The notes beneath the pieces were generated by a model. That model was given only the letters and a program-made list of their open reading frames with translations, was not told where the DNA came from and did no database searches. DNA of 61,157 nucleotides, the filler included, from Basidiobolus meristosporus CBS 931.73 (taxonomy: Eukaryota; Fungi; Basidiobolomycota): assembly GCA_002104905.1 (NCBI GenBank). It is 3 parts of 3 records of this genome, joined end to end, with 100 filler letters (N's around TTAATTAATTAA, not from the genome) between each part and the next. Parts side by side here need not be neighbours in the genome. Positions count along the whole stretch, not along the records: positions 30,098 to 44,451 come from MCFE01001179.1; 2 more parts are not named here. One strand, 5' to 3'. Numbering within the stretch: the first letter of the stretch is position 1; each line of letters starts with the position of its first letter. Made by a program: the position numbers and the translations under genes. Shown here piece after piece: positions 33,448-44,551 of the stretch.

Positions 33448-35726
33448 TATTGTAAAAAAATTCGTAATTACACTTGAATATTCTCCTAACTTGGTTACCT
33501 AGATCATTACCCACAAATCTTAGAGAATTCGGACTAAATTCCCTGTTGGGATTTACTTGAATAATATCACCAAAACATCAGATACCCCACACATAAGGTT
33601 TTGATCAGTTGTCCAAACAGCCCCACACTCTGCAACATTTTCTGTTGTAAGAGTCTTGGATATACCGGAAGTAATTGGGAGAACAAGTAGATTATGTGGT
33701 TTTCACTTGATGACTTATTGAATGTCAAAGTAGTATTTGTACCTTTACATGGTCTTGGCATAATAAACATGTAGAATATGTTTAGAAAGGTCCCAAGAAC
33801 ATGTGGGCAAAGCTTGGGGCTGTTTGGGCAACTTATCTAATTTTCATGCTTGGAGTACCTGATGTTTTAGGTGAAAGTTGTCTGAGTTAATCCCAACAAG
33901 GAATTTGGTCAGTATCCACTAAGATCTGTAGGTAATGATCTAAGTGACTAAGTTTGGTGAATATTTAGGTGAAATTACAAATTTCTTACAACACTCCCAC
34001 TCAGCTAAATGTTTGCACTGACTAGTCCAAATTTTGACCTATGATATTCAAATTTTTCTCTAGCTAATGGTTTGGTAAATATGTCTGCAATTGTTTCATA
34101 TGTAAGACAGTCAGCTAAGTTAGCCAGGCTATTCTCTATACTTTCATGTGTGAGATGATGTCTACTATCTATATACTCAGTTCTAACATGAAAAGTTGGA
34201 TTTTTACCTAATTATTCTCATCATTGATCATCTTGAAATCAAGTAACAGGTGTGATTTGACATAAGCCAAAGTCTTTAAAAAGCTTTCTTAACCACATTG
34301 CATTCTTTGTAGGCTTACAGGCTGTCACTTACTCTGCCTCTGTGGTGGAAAGTGCTAGTGTTGACTGCTTTCATGAGTTCCATGAAATTGCTCCTTTGCA
34401 GTAAAGAAAGGTACATCCTGTGGTGGATCATCTGTCTTTTAAATTTGGTCCCCAATCAGCATCAGAGTATCCCACAAGATCCTGTTCTGACTCCTTATAG
34501 GTGTACCTTATATTGCAAGAGTCTTGGAGATATTGGAAGTGATTGAGAGAACATGTAGATTATGTGCTTTTTGTTGTAAGAGTCTTGGAGATATTGGAAG
34601 TGATTGGGAGAACAAGTAGATTATGTGGTTTTCACTTAATGATTTATTGAATGTAAAAGTAGTATTTATACTTTTACCTGGTCTTGGCATTACAAACATG
34701 TAGAATAGGTTAAGAAAGGTCCCAAGAGCATGTGTGCAAAGTTTGGGGCTGTTTGGACAACTTTGAGAATTTTCATGTTCTGGGTACCTGGTATTTTAAT
34801 GAAAATATTCTAAGTAAATCCCAACAAGGAATTTGGTCAGTATCCTCTAGGATCTGAAGGTAATGATCCAAGTGACTAAGTTAGGTGAATATTTAGGTGG
34901 AAATACAAATTTTTACAACACTCCCACTCAGCTAAATGTTCATACTGACTAGTCCTAATTTTGGCCTAAGATATTCAAACTTGTCTCTAGCTAATGGTTT
35001 GGTAAATATGTCTGCAATCATTTCATCTGTAGGACAGTAAACTAAGCTAACTAAGTTATTGTCTGTAGCTTCATGTATGAAATGATGTCTAATATCTATG
35101 TGCTTGGTTCTAGCATGAAAAGTTGGATTTCTACCTAATTGTATACATCCTTGATTATCTTGAAATAAAGTAGTAGGCATTTTTTGACATAGGCCTAAAT
35201 CTGTAAGAAGTTTTCTTAACCACATTGCTTCTTTTGTAGCTTCACAGGCTGTTGTATACTCTGCCTCTGTGGTAGAAAGTGCTACAGTTGGTTGCTTTGT
35301 TGAATTCCATAAAATTGCTCCTTTACAGTAATGAAAGGTATATCCTGTGATGGATCATCTGTCTTTTAAATTTGGTCCTCAATCAGCATCAGAGTATCCC
35401 ACAAGATCCTGTTCTGAATCCTTATAAGAGTATCTTAATCAGATATCAGCAGTTCCTTTTAGGTATCTAAAAATCCGCTTAACTGCTGCAATATGATCAG
35501 ACCCATGGTTCTGATTATGTTGGCTGACAGCTCCCACTGAATATGAGATATCTGAACATGTTCCAAGCATGATATAAATCAGACAGCCAACCATAGATTG
35601 ATAGGGAAAGTCAGGACTTTCAGATGGCACCAAGCTCTCTTGATTTGGTTGAGTTTTGACCAAGTTAAGGTTTGTCTCCATTGGGGTAGCTCCTGGTTTA
35701 CAATCTTCCATTTTGTACCTCTTTAG
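33448..35726 (-). mobile_element. Nested copia 3' ends: LTRs 33643-33993 and 34572-34920, each followed by PPT and RNase H/RT remnants; degenerate + strand LTR from ~33448
   Basis: LTR termini TGTTGTAAG/TTACAACA, adjacent CTCCCACTC (PPT, minus strand), and ORF fragments MWLRKLLTDLGL and MEDCKPGATPM. Confidence 0.85.
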
Positions 35727-38700
35727 TGTTGTAAAAAATTTGTAATTCCACCTAAATATCCACCCAACTTAGTTGCTTAGATTGTTACCCTCAAATCCTA
35801 CAGAATACTGACCAAATTCCTTGTTGGGATTTACTTAGAATATTTTCACCAAAATACCAGGTACCCAGAACATGAAAATTCTCAAAGTTGTCCAAACAGC
35901 CCCACACTTTGCACACATGTTCTTGGAGCCTTCCTTAACCTATTCTACATGTTTTTAATGCCAAGACCAGGTAAAAGTATCAATACTACTTTTACATTTA
36001 TTAAATCCTTAAGTGAAAACTGCAGAATCTATTTGTCCTCCCAATCACTTCCAATATCTCCAAGACTCTTACAGCAGGCTATGAGCCCCAAGCTGTCACT
36101 CTCTGCAATGTCTACTACTGCTATTACTGGAACTTTTCCCTCTGCTGAAAAGTTGGATGGATCTAAGTACCAAGTGTGGAAGGTGAAGATGAAGATGCTG
36201 CTACAAGAAAGGGGCCTTTGGGATATTGTCATGGCAGAAGAATGCCCTCCTAAAAACATGGGAGAGGAAGCCTTAAAGTACCAGAAGAAAGAACAAAGTG
36301 CCTTTAACTGCATTTGCCTTAATGTTAAAGACAAATTGCTAATTCAATGATCAAGAGCAAAAACAGCAAAGAATGCCTGGAAGTCATTATAAGACACCTA
36401 CCAGTCATGTTCAGCTGCTAAGAAAATGTATCTGAGTCAAAAATTCTTTACTACAAAGATGTGCCAGGAGAAGAAATGAAAAATCTAATTAACAGAACTA
36501 CCCTGCTGGTAGATGAGATGGAATCTGTGGGTGTACCAACTACTGATGAGGATGTGATAGTTACCATCCTGAATAGCCTGACAGACAAGCTTCAGGGCCT
36601 TGTATCAGCCCCAGAGTCCAGAACTGAAGATTTGACCTTAAATTATGTATATGGAAGGCTCCTGGATGAAGAATTAAGAAAATCAAGCGCCAATAAGAAG
36701 GAAGAAGAAAATGCTTTAATAAGCAATGATAACCAACAAAGGAGGTACCCAAAACCCTACAAAGGCAACAGCAACCTGTTTTGTAACTACTGCAAAAGGA
36801 AAGGACACACATCAGACCAGTGTCTCAAAAGGAAAGATAATCAGCAAAAGAAGCCTGAATATGGAAATGCTACAGCAACTAAAGATAGACTATTCATATC
36901 TGCACTAAATATGACCACAAACAAGGATTCTCAGACATGATGTATTGACTCTGGAGCATCTCAACACTTTACACACCAAAAAGAACTTTTTACCCAATAG
37001 ACTTGTACCATGGTGCCATTGATCATAGTGCCAGAAAGTGCTGTATATTTTGTTATTGATTTGCTATTTTAGGGTCATATGCATGTCAATTTTGATCCAA
37101 AATTGGCACTATATGGCACCATCTGGCACTCTGTGGCATGATCAGGCACCATCTGGCATGCTATGGCACCATTGGGCACTATGATCAGCTGGAATGATGG
37201 AACAAGTCTAATATCAAGAAATTCTAATTAAGAAGGTTTTCATGGGTGACAATAGAACACTTGATGCAGTGGGAGAAGGAACTATCCAAGTTAACCTAAG
37301 AAGCAGTGAAGGAAGCCATACACTGACCTTTAAAGAAGTACTCTATGTACCAGAAATAGCCAAGAACCTACTATCTGTAAGCTAGGCCACAGCAGAAGGA
37401 CTCAGTTTCAGCTTTGACAATTCTGGATGCAAGATCACTGATCAAAATGGTGCCCATATTGCTTTGGGTATCAGAGATCAGAACCTATACAAGTCAACTT
37501 ATATTCCATCCTATTTTGAAGCCATTTTAAGTAACTTAAATGAAGAAACACCAATGCTTTGGCACAGGAGATTTGGGCACATCAATTTTGATTATTTGCG
37601 CAAAATGATCAAAGATCAGCTAATTTCTGGAGTAAAAATGGATCCCCCAGCTAATTTGGAGCACTGTGAAGCCTGTATATATGGGAAACAAGCCAGACAA
37701 CCGTTCAAGAGCTCTGGGTTAATCAAAACTAAGAAAAAATTAGATCTAATTCACTCAAATCTGTGTGAACCTATGCAAAATTTATCCTTAGGTGGGATGA
37801 AGTATTTAATCACTTTTATTGATAATTATACAAGATACACATAGGTCTGCTTCATGGAGAGAAAGGAAGAAGCTCTGTCTAAGTTCAGGGAGTTTAAACC
37901 CATGGTGGAGAGAGAAACTGGTGAAAAAATCAAGAAAATACGCTCTGACAATGGTGGAGAATATACCTCAAAACTCTTCATCCACTTCTGCAAAATTCAT
38001 GGGATAAAGCAAGAGACTACTGTACCTTACTCCCCACAGCAAAATGGAGTAGCAGAACATGCTAACAGACCAATAATTGATATGGCAAGATCTATGATCC
38101 ATGTTCAAGAATTATCCTATGATTTTTGGGCAGAATCAGGTGCCACTGTTGCATATCTTAAAAATAGGAGTTATAACAAAATACTTAGTGATTCTACTCC
38201 ATTTGAAGTATGGTATGGATACAGACCAAATGCAGAACATCCAAGAATATTTGGGTGTACAGCATATGCCAAGAAACTGCCCAGAAATCAGTCAAAAATT
38301 GGCCAAAAAGTGTGAAATGCATATTTTTGGGCTACTGCAATGAGAGTAAAGCATACAGACTCTACAATACCAAAGCAAAGAAACTAATCAAGTCTAGGGA
38401 TGTGTTGTTTGATGAAGATTCAGAATTTTCACTAAAAATCACATCAGATGATGACAAAAATCTGATCTCAAATCAACCAATTGTCAGGATTGAATCAGGG
38501 CAAAATAATAAAAATCTTTTCACTCCAGAGGACTCTACAACCATGGTTCAGCCAGAATCAGTGCCCAGGAATATCCCAGAAGTGATCATTCCAGTATCAA
38601 ATGCCCAGAGATCCAATTGGACAAGAAATAGCCCAAATTACTATATCAATGAGGGTAAAAACTTAGCCTATGCCTATGCAGTCCATATTGATGAGCCCCA

Positions 38701-39545
38701 GACTGTAAAAGAGGCCCTAAATAGCCCTCAGACAAAGTTTTGGAGATCTGCAATGACTGAGGAATATCAGGCCCTGATGGAAAATCAAACTTGGGACTAA
38801 GTCAAATTACCAATCAACCAAAAATCAATTGGATGCAGATGGGTCTTCAAGACAAAATAAAAGGCTGATGGTAAAATTGAAAGATACAAAGCAAGACTTG
38901 TGGCCAAAGGGCACTCTTAAACAAAAGGACTTGACTATACTGAGACCTTTGCACCGGTAGCCAAGTTTAATTCCATCAGATTAATATTGGCTATTGCAGC
39001 CAAATATAAGTTTTTTATTCATTAAATGGATGTAAAAACTGCATTTTTGAATGGAGAATTTGATGATGATGTGTATATGGACCAGCCTGATGGGTTTGTT
39101 GACCAGGATAACCCCCATTTGGTCTGCAAGCTTAAAAAGTCACTATATGGTCTCAAACAATCACCAAGAGCCTGGAATTGCCAGATAGATTCTTATTTGG
39201 AATCCTTGAGTTTCAAAAGGAGTAATGCTGACTATAGTATATACTATAAGCCAGATAGAGCAAATCCAGTTCTATTAGCTCTATATGTGGATGATCTTAT
39301 TATAGCTGCCAATAACCTAGAAATATTGGAAGAGACTAAATCCAGCCTATCTAAGGAGTTCAAGATGTCTGATCTAGGAGAACTCAGTTACTACTTAGTG
39401 ATTAAGTTCTCCATAGACAGAAGTACCCAGACTATCACCCTAAGCCAATCCAAGTATATTTAAGATACACTAAAGCAGTACCAAGTGGAAGACAGTAAAC
39501 CAGCAGCTACCCTAATGGAGACAAACCTTAACTTGGTCAAAACTC
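35727..39545 (+). mobile_element. copia copy B (5' LTR 35727-36076, degraded gag-pol, 3' truncated)
   Basis: LTR followed by PBS GGCTATGAGCCCC and by gag, PR, IN and RT fragments with stops. Inserted after TTTAG inside an older RT remnant. Confidence 0.9.
36999..37209. mobile_element. 211-bp MITE of the same family as the 9914 foldback
   Basis: Ends AGACTTG...CAAGTCT, with TSD AAT at 36996-36998 and 37210-37212. The empty site TACCCAATATCAAG is visible in copy C at 42021. Confidence 0.9.
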
Positions 39546-40720
39546 TAAAAACAAATTTCACAAAAAACTTAGTCAATATTTTTCATCACAACAATGTATA
39601 AGTGGCTATTGATTGGTTCCCTGCCAATTTGCTCACTTTCTGATCCTGGACACTCTATCACCTCCTATATTTGTGTGAATTGATTGGCTTTTGCCTCTTT
39701 TTCACACTCCTTACTTCCTGACTCAACTGTTTCTCTTACTTTTCATGCATACAAATGGATTTATTTCCATTGAAACTTCAGTTGTACCTCAATTGCCAAT
39801 TGTATTGACCTATACAAGTCTCTATACCCTACACTAACATTAAGCCCAACCCCACACTCAACAGGTAACTCCATCAAAATCCACCACTCAATAAGCATTT
39901 CTGCTGTAACACTCTGGTTTGACAACTTTGGTGGGGACCCTACAGCTTTATGCCACTGTTCATTCACTGGTTCCCACATATCCCAGTTTTCAGCCAGCAC
40001 TGCAAGGTCTAGTACCTCATCTGCCAGTCTTTGCAATAAATACTTGCAATATTCCAGTGTGTTTTCTTGAGCACTGCTCTTGAAGAAGTGCTGCAACCTC
40101 TTGGTGTGCCTATTGATGTTCCAAAACTCCACTGAAGGCATTGTGATAGTCTTTTGAGCTCTTGATGTGGTAGCCTTGTCTGTCAGTGGGATCTCCACTC
40201 TGTCAACAATGGAGGCTGTGGAGGCTGTGGTAGACAAATTGCCTTTTTCAGCAAATTCATCTACCTTGCTTGCATGTAGTCCAACTGGCTGTGCTTCCAT
40301 CTCTTGTGAGAACAGCTGTTTTCTTGATGGTAATTCTTCTTGGCTATGATGGGATTCAGTCTGTTCCTGGCTTGCAGTGTTAATTAGCAAGAACTGCAGT
40401 TTTTTTGCATGCCTCCCTGTCTCAGGCTTGGGTAGACATTTTTCCCTTTACCTTTTCCTTTATCACTGCCAGGTCTTTCACTGCTACTTTGTCTGAGTGC
40501 TTCTTGTAAAGAACTATGTTTTCTCCTGGATAGATTCTGCTCTGATGCATCTGTTTTTGCCTGCTTGTCCCTTACTGGCACTCTTCTGGCAACCTGATGC
40601 TTCTTTTCTGCTTGTTTTGAGCTCTCAGCCATAGTGATGATGGGCTCCTGTAAAAGTGGTTGGTTTTTATCACTGCCAATTCCTTCACTGCTACTTTGAC
40701 TGGGTGCTTCTTGAGTGGTA
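39543..40720 (+). mobile_element. CACTA-like element copy 4 (left-terminal fragment)
   Basis: Collinear with 5448-6650. Confidence 0.8.
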
Positions 40721-40998
40721 CTACACTTTTTAAGCTGCTTAACACAGCTCCATTGTGTTGTAAAAAATCGTATTTTCCACCTAAATATTCACCTAACTTA
40801 GTCACTTAGATCATCACCTTCAAATCCTAGAGAATACTGACCAAATTCCTTGTCGGGATTTACTTAGAATATTTTCACCAAAATACCAGGTACCCAGAAC
40901 ATGAAAATTCTCAAAGTTGTCCAAACAGCCCCAAACTTTGCACACATGTTCTTGGGACCTTCCTTAACCTATTCTACGTGTTTGTAATGCCAAGACCA

Positions 40999-41034
40999 TG
41001 TAAAAGTATAAATACTACTTTTACATTCAATAAA
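40999..41034 (+). promoter_or_regulatory. LTR promoter/termination signals: TATAAA (41007) inside a 10-bp inverted repeat, and AATAAA (41029)
   Basis: The sequence TGTAAAAGTA-TAAATAC-TACTTTTACA..AATAAA is conserved across the LTR copies; the functional assignment is inferred from position. Confidence 0.5.
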
Positions 41035-41105
41035 TCATTAAGTGAAAACCACATAATCTACTTGTTCTCCCAATCACTTCCAATATCTCCAAGACTCTTA
41101 CAACA

Positions 41106-41117
41106 GGTTATGAGCCC
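41106..41117 (+). other. Primer-binding site complementary to the anticodon stem-loop of initiator tRNA-Met (half-tRNA priming)
   Basis: GGTTATGAGCCC abuts the LTR end with no spacer; it is the reverse complement of GGGCUCAUAACC. The same site is at 48817-48828 (minus strand). Confidence 0.88.
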
Positions 41118-44100
41118 CGAGCTGTCACTCTCTGCAATGTCTACTACTGCTATTACTGGAATTTTTCCCTCTGCTGAAAAGTTGGATGGATCTAACTACC
41201 AAGTGTGGAAGGTGAAGATGAAGATGCTGCTACAAGAAAGAGGCCTTTGGGATATTGTCATGGGAGAAGAATGCCCTCCTAAAAACGTGGGAGAGGAAGC
41301 CTTAAAGTACCAAAGAAAGAACAAAGTGCCTTTAACTGCATTTGCCTTAATGTCAAGGACAAATTGCTAATTCAATGCTCAAGAGCAAAAACGGCAAAGA
41401 ATGCCTGGAAGGCATTAGAAGACACCTACCAGTCATGTTCAGCTGCCAAGAAAATGTATCTGAGAAGAAAATTCTTTACTACAAAGATGCTGCCAGGAGA
41501 AGAAATGAAAAATCTAATTAACAGAATTACCCTGCTGGTAGATGAGATGGAATCAGTGGGCGTACCAACTACTGATGAGGATGTGATAGTTACCATCCTG
41601 AATAGCCTGACAGACAAGTTTCAGGGCCTTGTATCAGCCCTAGAGTCCAGAACTGAAGATTTGACCTTAAATTATGTATATGGAAGGCTCCTGGATGAAG
41701 AATTAAGAAAATCAAGCGCTAATAAGAAGGAAGAAGAAAATGCTTTAATAAGCAATGATAGCCAACAAAGGAGATACCCAAGACCCTACAAAGGCAACAG
41801 CAACCTGTTTTGTAGCTACTGCAAAAGGAAAGGACACACATCAGACCGGTGTCTCAAAAAGAAAGATAATCAGCAAAAGAAGCCTGAATATGGAAATGCT
41901 GCAACAACTGAAGATAGACTATTCATATCTGCACTAAATATGACCACAAACAAGGATTCTCAGATGTGGTATATTGACTCTGGAGCTTCTCAACACTTTA
42001 CACACCAAAAAGAACTTTTTACCCAATATCAAGAAATTCCAATTAAGAAGGTTTTCATGGGTGATGATAGAACACTTGATGCAGTGGGAGAAGGAACTAT
42101 CCAAGTAAACCTTAGAAGCAGTGAAGGAAGCCATACACTGACCTTTAAAGAAGTACTCTATGTACCAGAAATAGCCAAGAACCTACTCTCTGTAAGCAAG
42201 GCCACAGCAGAAGGACTCAGTTTCAGTTTTGACAATTCTGGATGCAGGATCACTGATCAAAATGGTGCCCATATTGCTTTGGGCATCAGAGATCAGAATC
42301 TATACAAGTTGACTTATATTCCATCATATTTGGAAGCCAATATAAGTAACTTAAATGAAGAAACACCAATGCTTTGGCACAGGAGATTTGGACACATCAA
42401 TTTTGATTATTTGCGTAAAATGATCAAAGATCAGCTAATTTCTGGAGTGAAAATTGATCCCCCAGCTAATTTGGAGCACTGTGAAGCCTGCATATATGGG
42501 AAACAAGCCAGACAACCGTTCAAGAGCTCTGGGTTAATCAAAACTAAGAAAAAATTAGATCTAATTCACTCAGATCTGTGTGGACCTATGCAAAATTTAT
42601 CCTTAGGCGGGATGAAGTATTTAATCACTTTTATTGATGATTATACAAGATACACATGGGTCTACTTCATGGAGAGAAAGGAAGAAGCTCTGTCTAAGCT
42701 CAGGGAGTTTAAAGCCATGGTGGAGAGAGAAACTGGTGAAAAAATCAAGAAAATACGCTCTGACAATGGTGGAGAATATACCTCAAAACTCTTCATCCAC
42801 TTCTGCAAAATTCATGGGATAAAGCAAGAGACTACTGTACCATACTCCCCACAGCAAAATGGAGTAGCAGAACGAGCTAACAGATCAATAATTGATATGG
42901 CAAGATCTATGATCCATGATCAAAAATTATCCTATGATTTTTGGGCGTAATCAGTTGCCACTGCTGTATACCTTAAAAATAGGAGTTATAACAGAATACT
43001 TTCGTGATTCTACTCCATTTGAAGCATGGTATGGATACAGACCAAGTGCAGAACATCTAAGAATATTTGGGTGCACAGCATATGCCAAAAAACTGGCCGG
43101 AAATCAGTCAAAATTTGAGCCAAAAAGTGTAAAATGCATATTTTTGGGCTACTGCAATGAGAGTAAGGCATACAGACTCTACAATACCAAAGCAAAGAAG
43201 CTTATCAAGTCCAGGGATGTGTTGTTTGATGAAAATTCAAAATTTTCACAAAAAATGACATCAGATGATGACGAAAATTTGATCTCAAGTCCACCAATTG
43301 TCAGGATTGAATCAGAGCAAAACAATGAAAATTTTTTCACTCCAGAGGACTCTACAACCGTGGTTCAGCCAGAATCAGTGCCCAGGAATATCCCAGAAGT
43401 GATCATTCCAGTATCAAATGCCCGGAGATCCAATCGGACAAGAAATAGCCCAAATTACTATATCAATGAGGGTACAAACTTAGCCTATGCCTATTCAGTC
43501 CATATTGATGAACCCCAGACTGTAAAAGAGGCCCTAAATAGCCCTCAGACAAAGTTTTGGAGATCTGCAATGACTGAGGAATATCAGGCACTGATGGAAA
43601 ATCAAACTTGGGACTTAGTCAAATTACCAATCAACCAAAAATCAATTGGATGCAGATGGGTCTTCAAGACAAAATACAAGGCTGATGGTACAATTGAAAG
43701 ATACAAAGCAAGACTTGTAGCCAAAGGATACTCTCAAACAAAAGGACTTGACTATACTGAGACCTTTGCACCGGTAGCCAAGTTTAATTCCATCAGATTA
43801 ATATTGGCTATTGCAGCCAAATATAAGTTTTTTATTCATCAAATGGATGTAAAAACTGCATTTTTGAATGGAGAACTTGATGAGGACGTGTATATGGACC
43901 AGCCTGATGGGTTTGTTGACCAAGATAACCCCCATTTGGTCTGCAAGCTTAAAAAGTCACTATATGGTCTCAAACAATCACCAAGAGCCTGGAATTGCAA
44001 GATAGATTCTTATTTGGAATCTTTGAGTTTCAAAAGGAGTAATGCTGACTATAGTATATACTATAAGCCAGATAGAGCAAATCCAGTTCTATTAGCTCTA

Positions 44101-44451
44101 TATGTGGATGATCTTATTATAGCCGCCAATAACCTAGAAACATTGGAAGAGACTAAATCCAGCCTATCTAAGGAGTTCAAGATGTCCGATCTAGGAGAAC
44201 TTAGTTACTACTTAGGGATTAAGTTCTCCATAGACAGAAGTACCCAGACTATTACCCTAAGTCAATCCAAGTATATTCAAGATATACTAAAGAAGTACAA
44301 AATGGAAGACTGTAAACCGGCAGCTACCCCAATGGAGACAAACCTTAACTTGGTCAAAACTCAACCAAATCAAGAGAGCTTGGTGCCATCTGAAAGCCCT
44401 GACTTTCCTTATCAATCTATGGTCAGCAGTCTGATGTATATCATGCTTGGA

Positions 44452-44551
44452 NNNNNNNNNNNNNNNNNNNNNNNNNNNNNNNNNNNNNNNNNNNNTTAAT
44501 TAATTAANNNNNNNNNNNNNNNNNNNNNNNNNNNNNNNNNNNNNNNNNNNN
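44452..44551. other. Assembly gap (N run with TTAATTAATTAA stuffer)
   Basis: 100-nt N block. Confidence 0.97.

Larger units (their letters stand above)
40756..44451 (+). mobile_element. copia copy C, young (5' LTR 40756-41105; gag-pol from 41137; cut by the gap)
   Basis: Gag knuckle [49 protein letters not shown]. The only lesions seen are a 1-nt deletion at ~41313 and GAA>TAA at 42948. Confidence 0.95.

Noticed and set aside
40978-41136. Open frame running from the LTR (MFVMPRP...) into gag in many copies
   Set aside because: Its start lies upstream of the putative TATA box (41007), so it is probably outside the transcript; recurrence reflects shared LTR ancestry.
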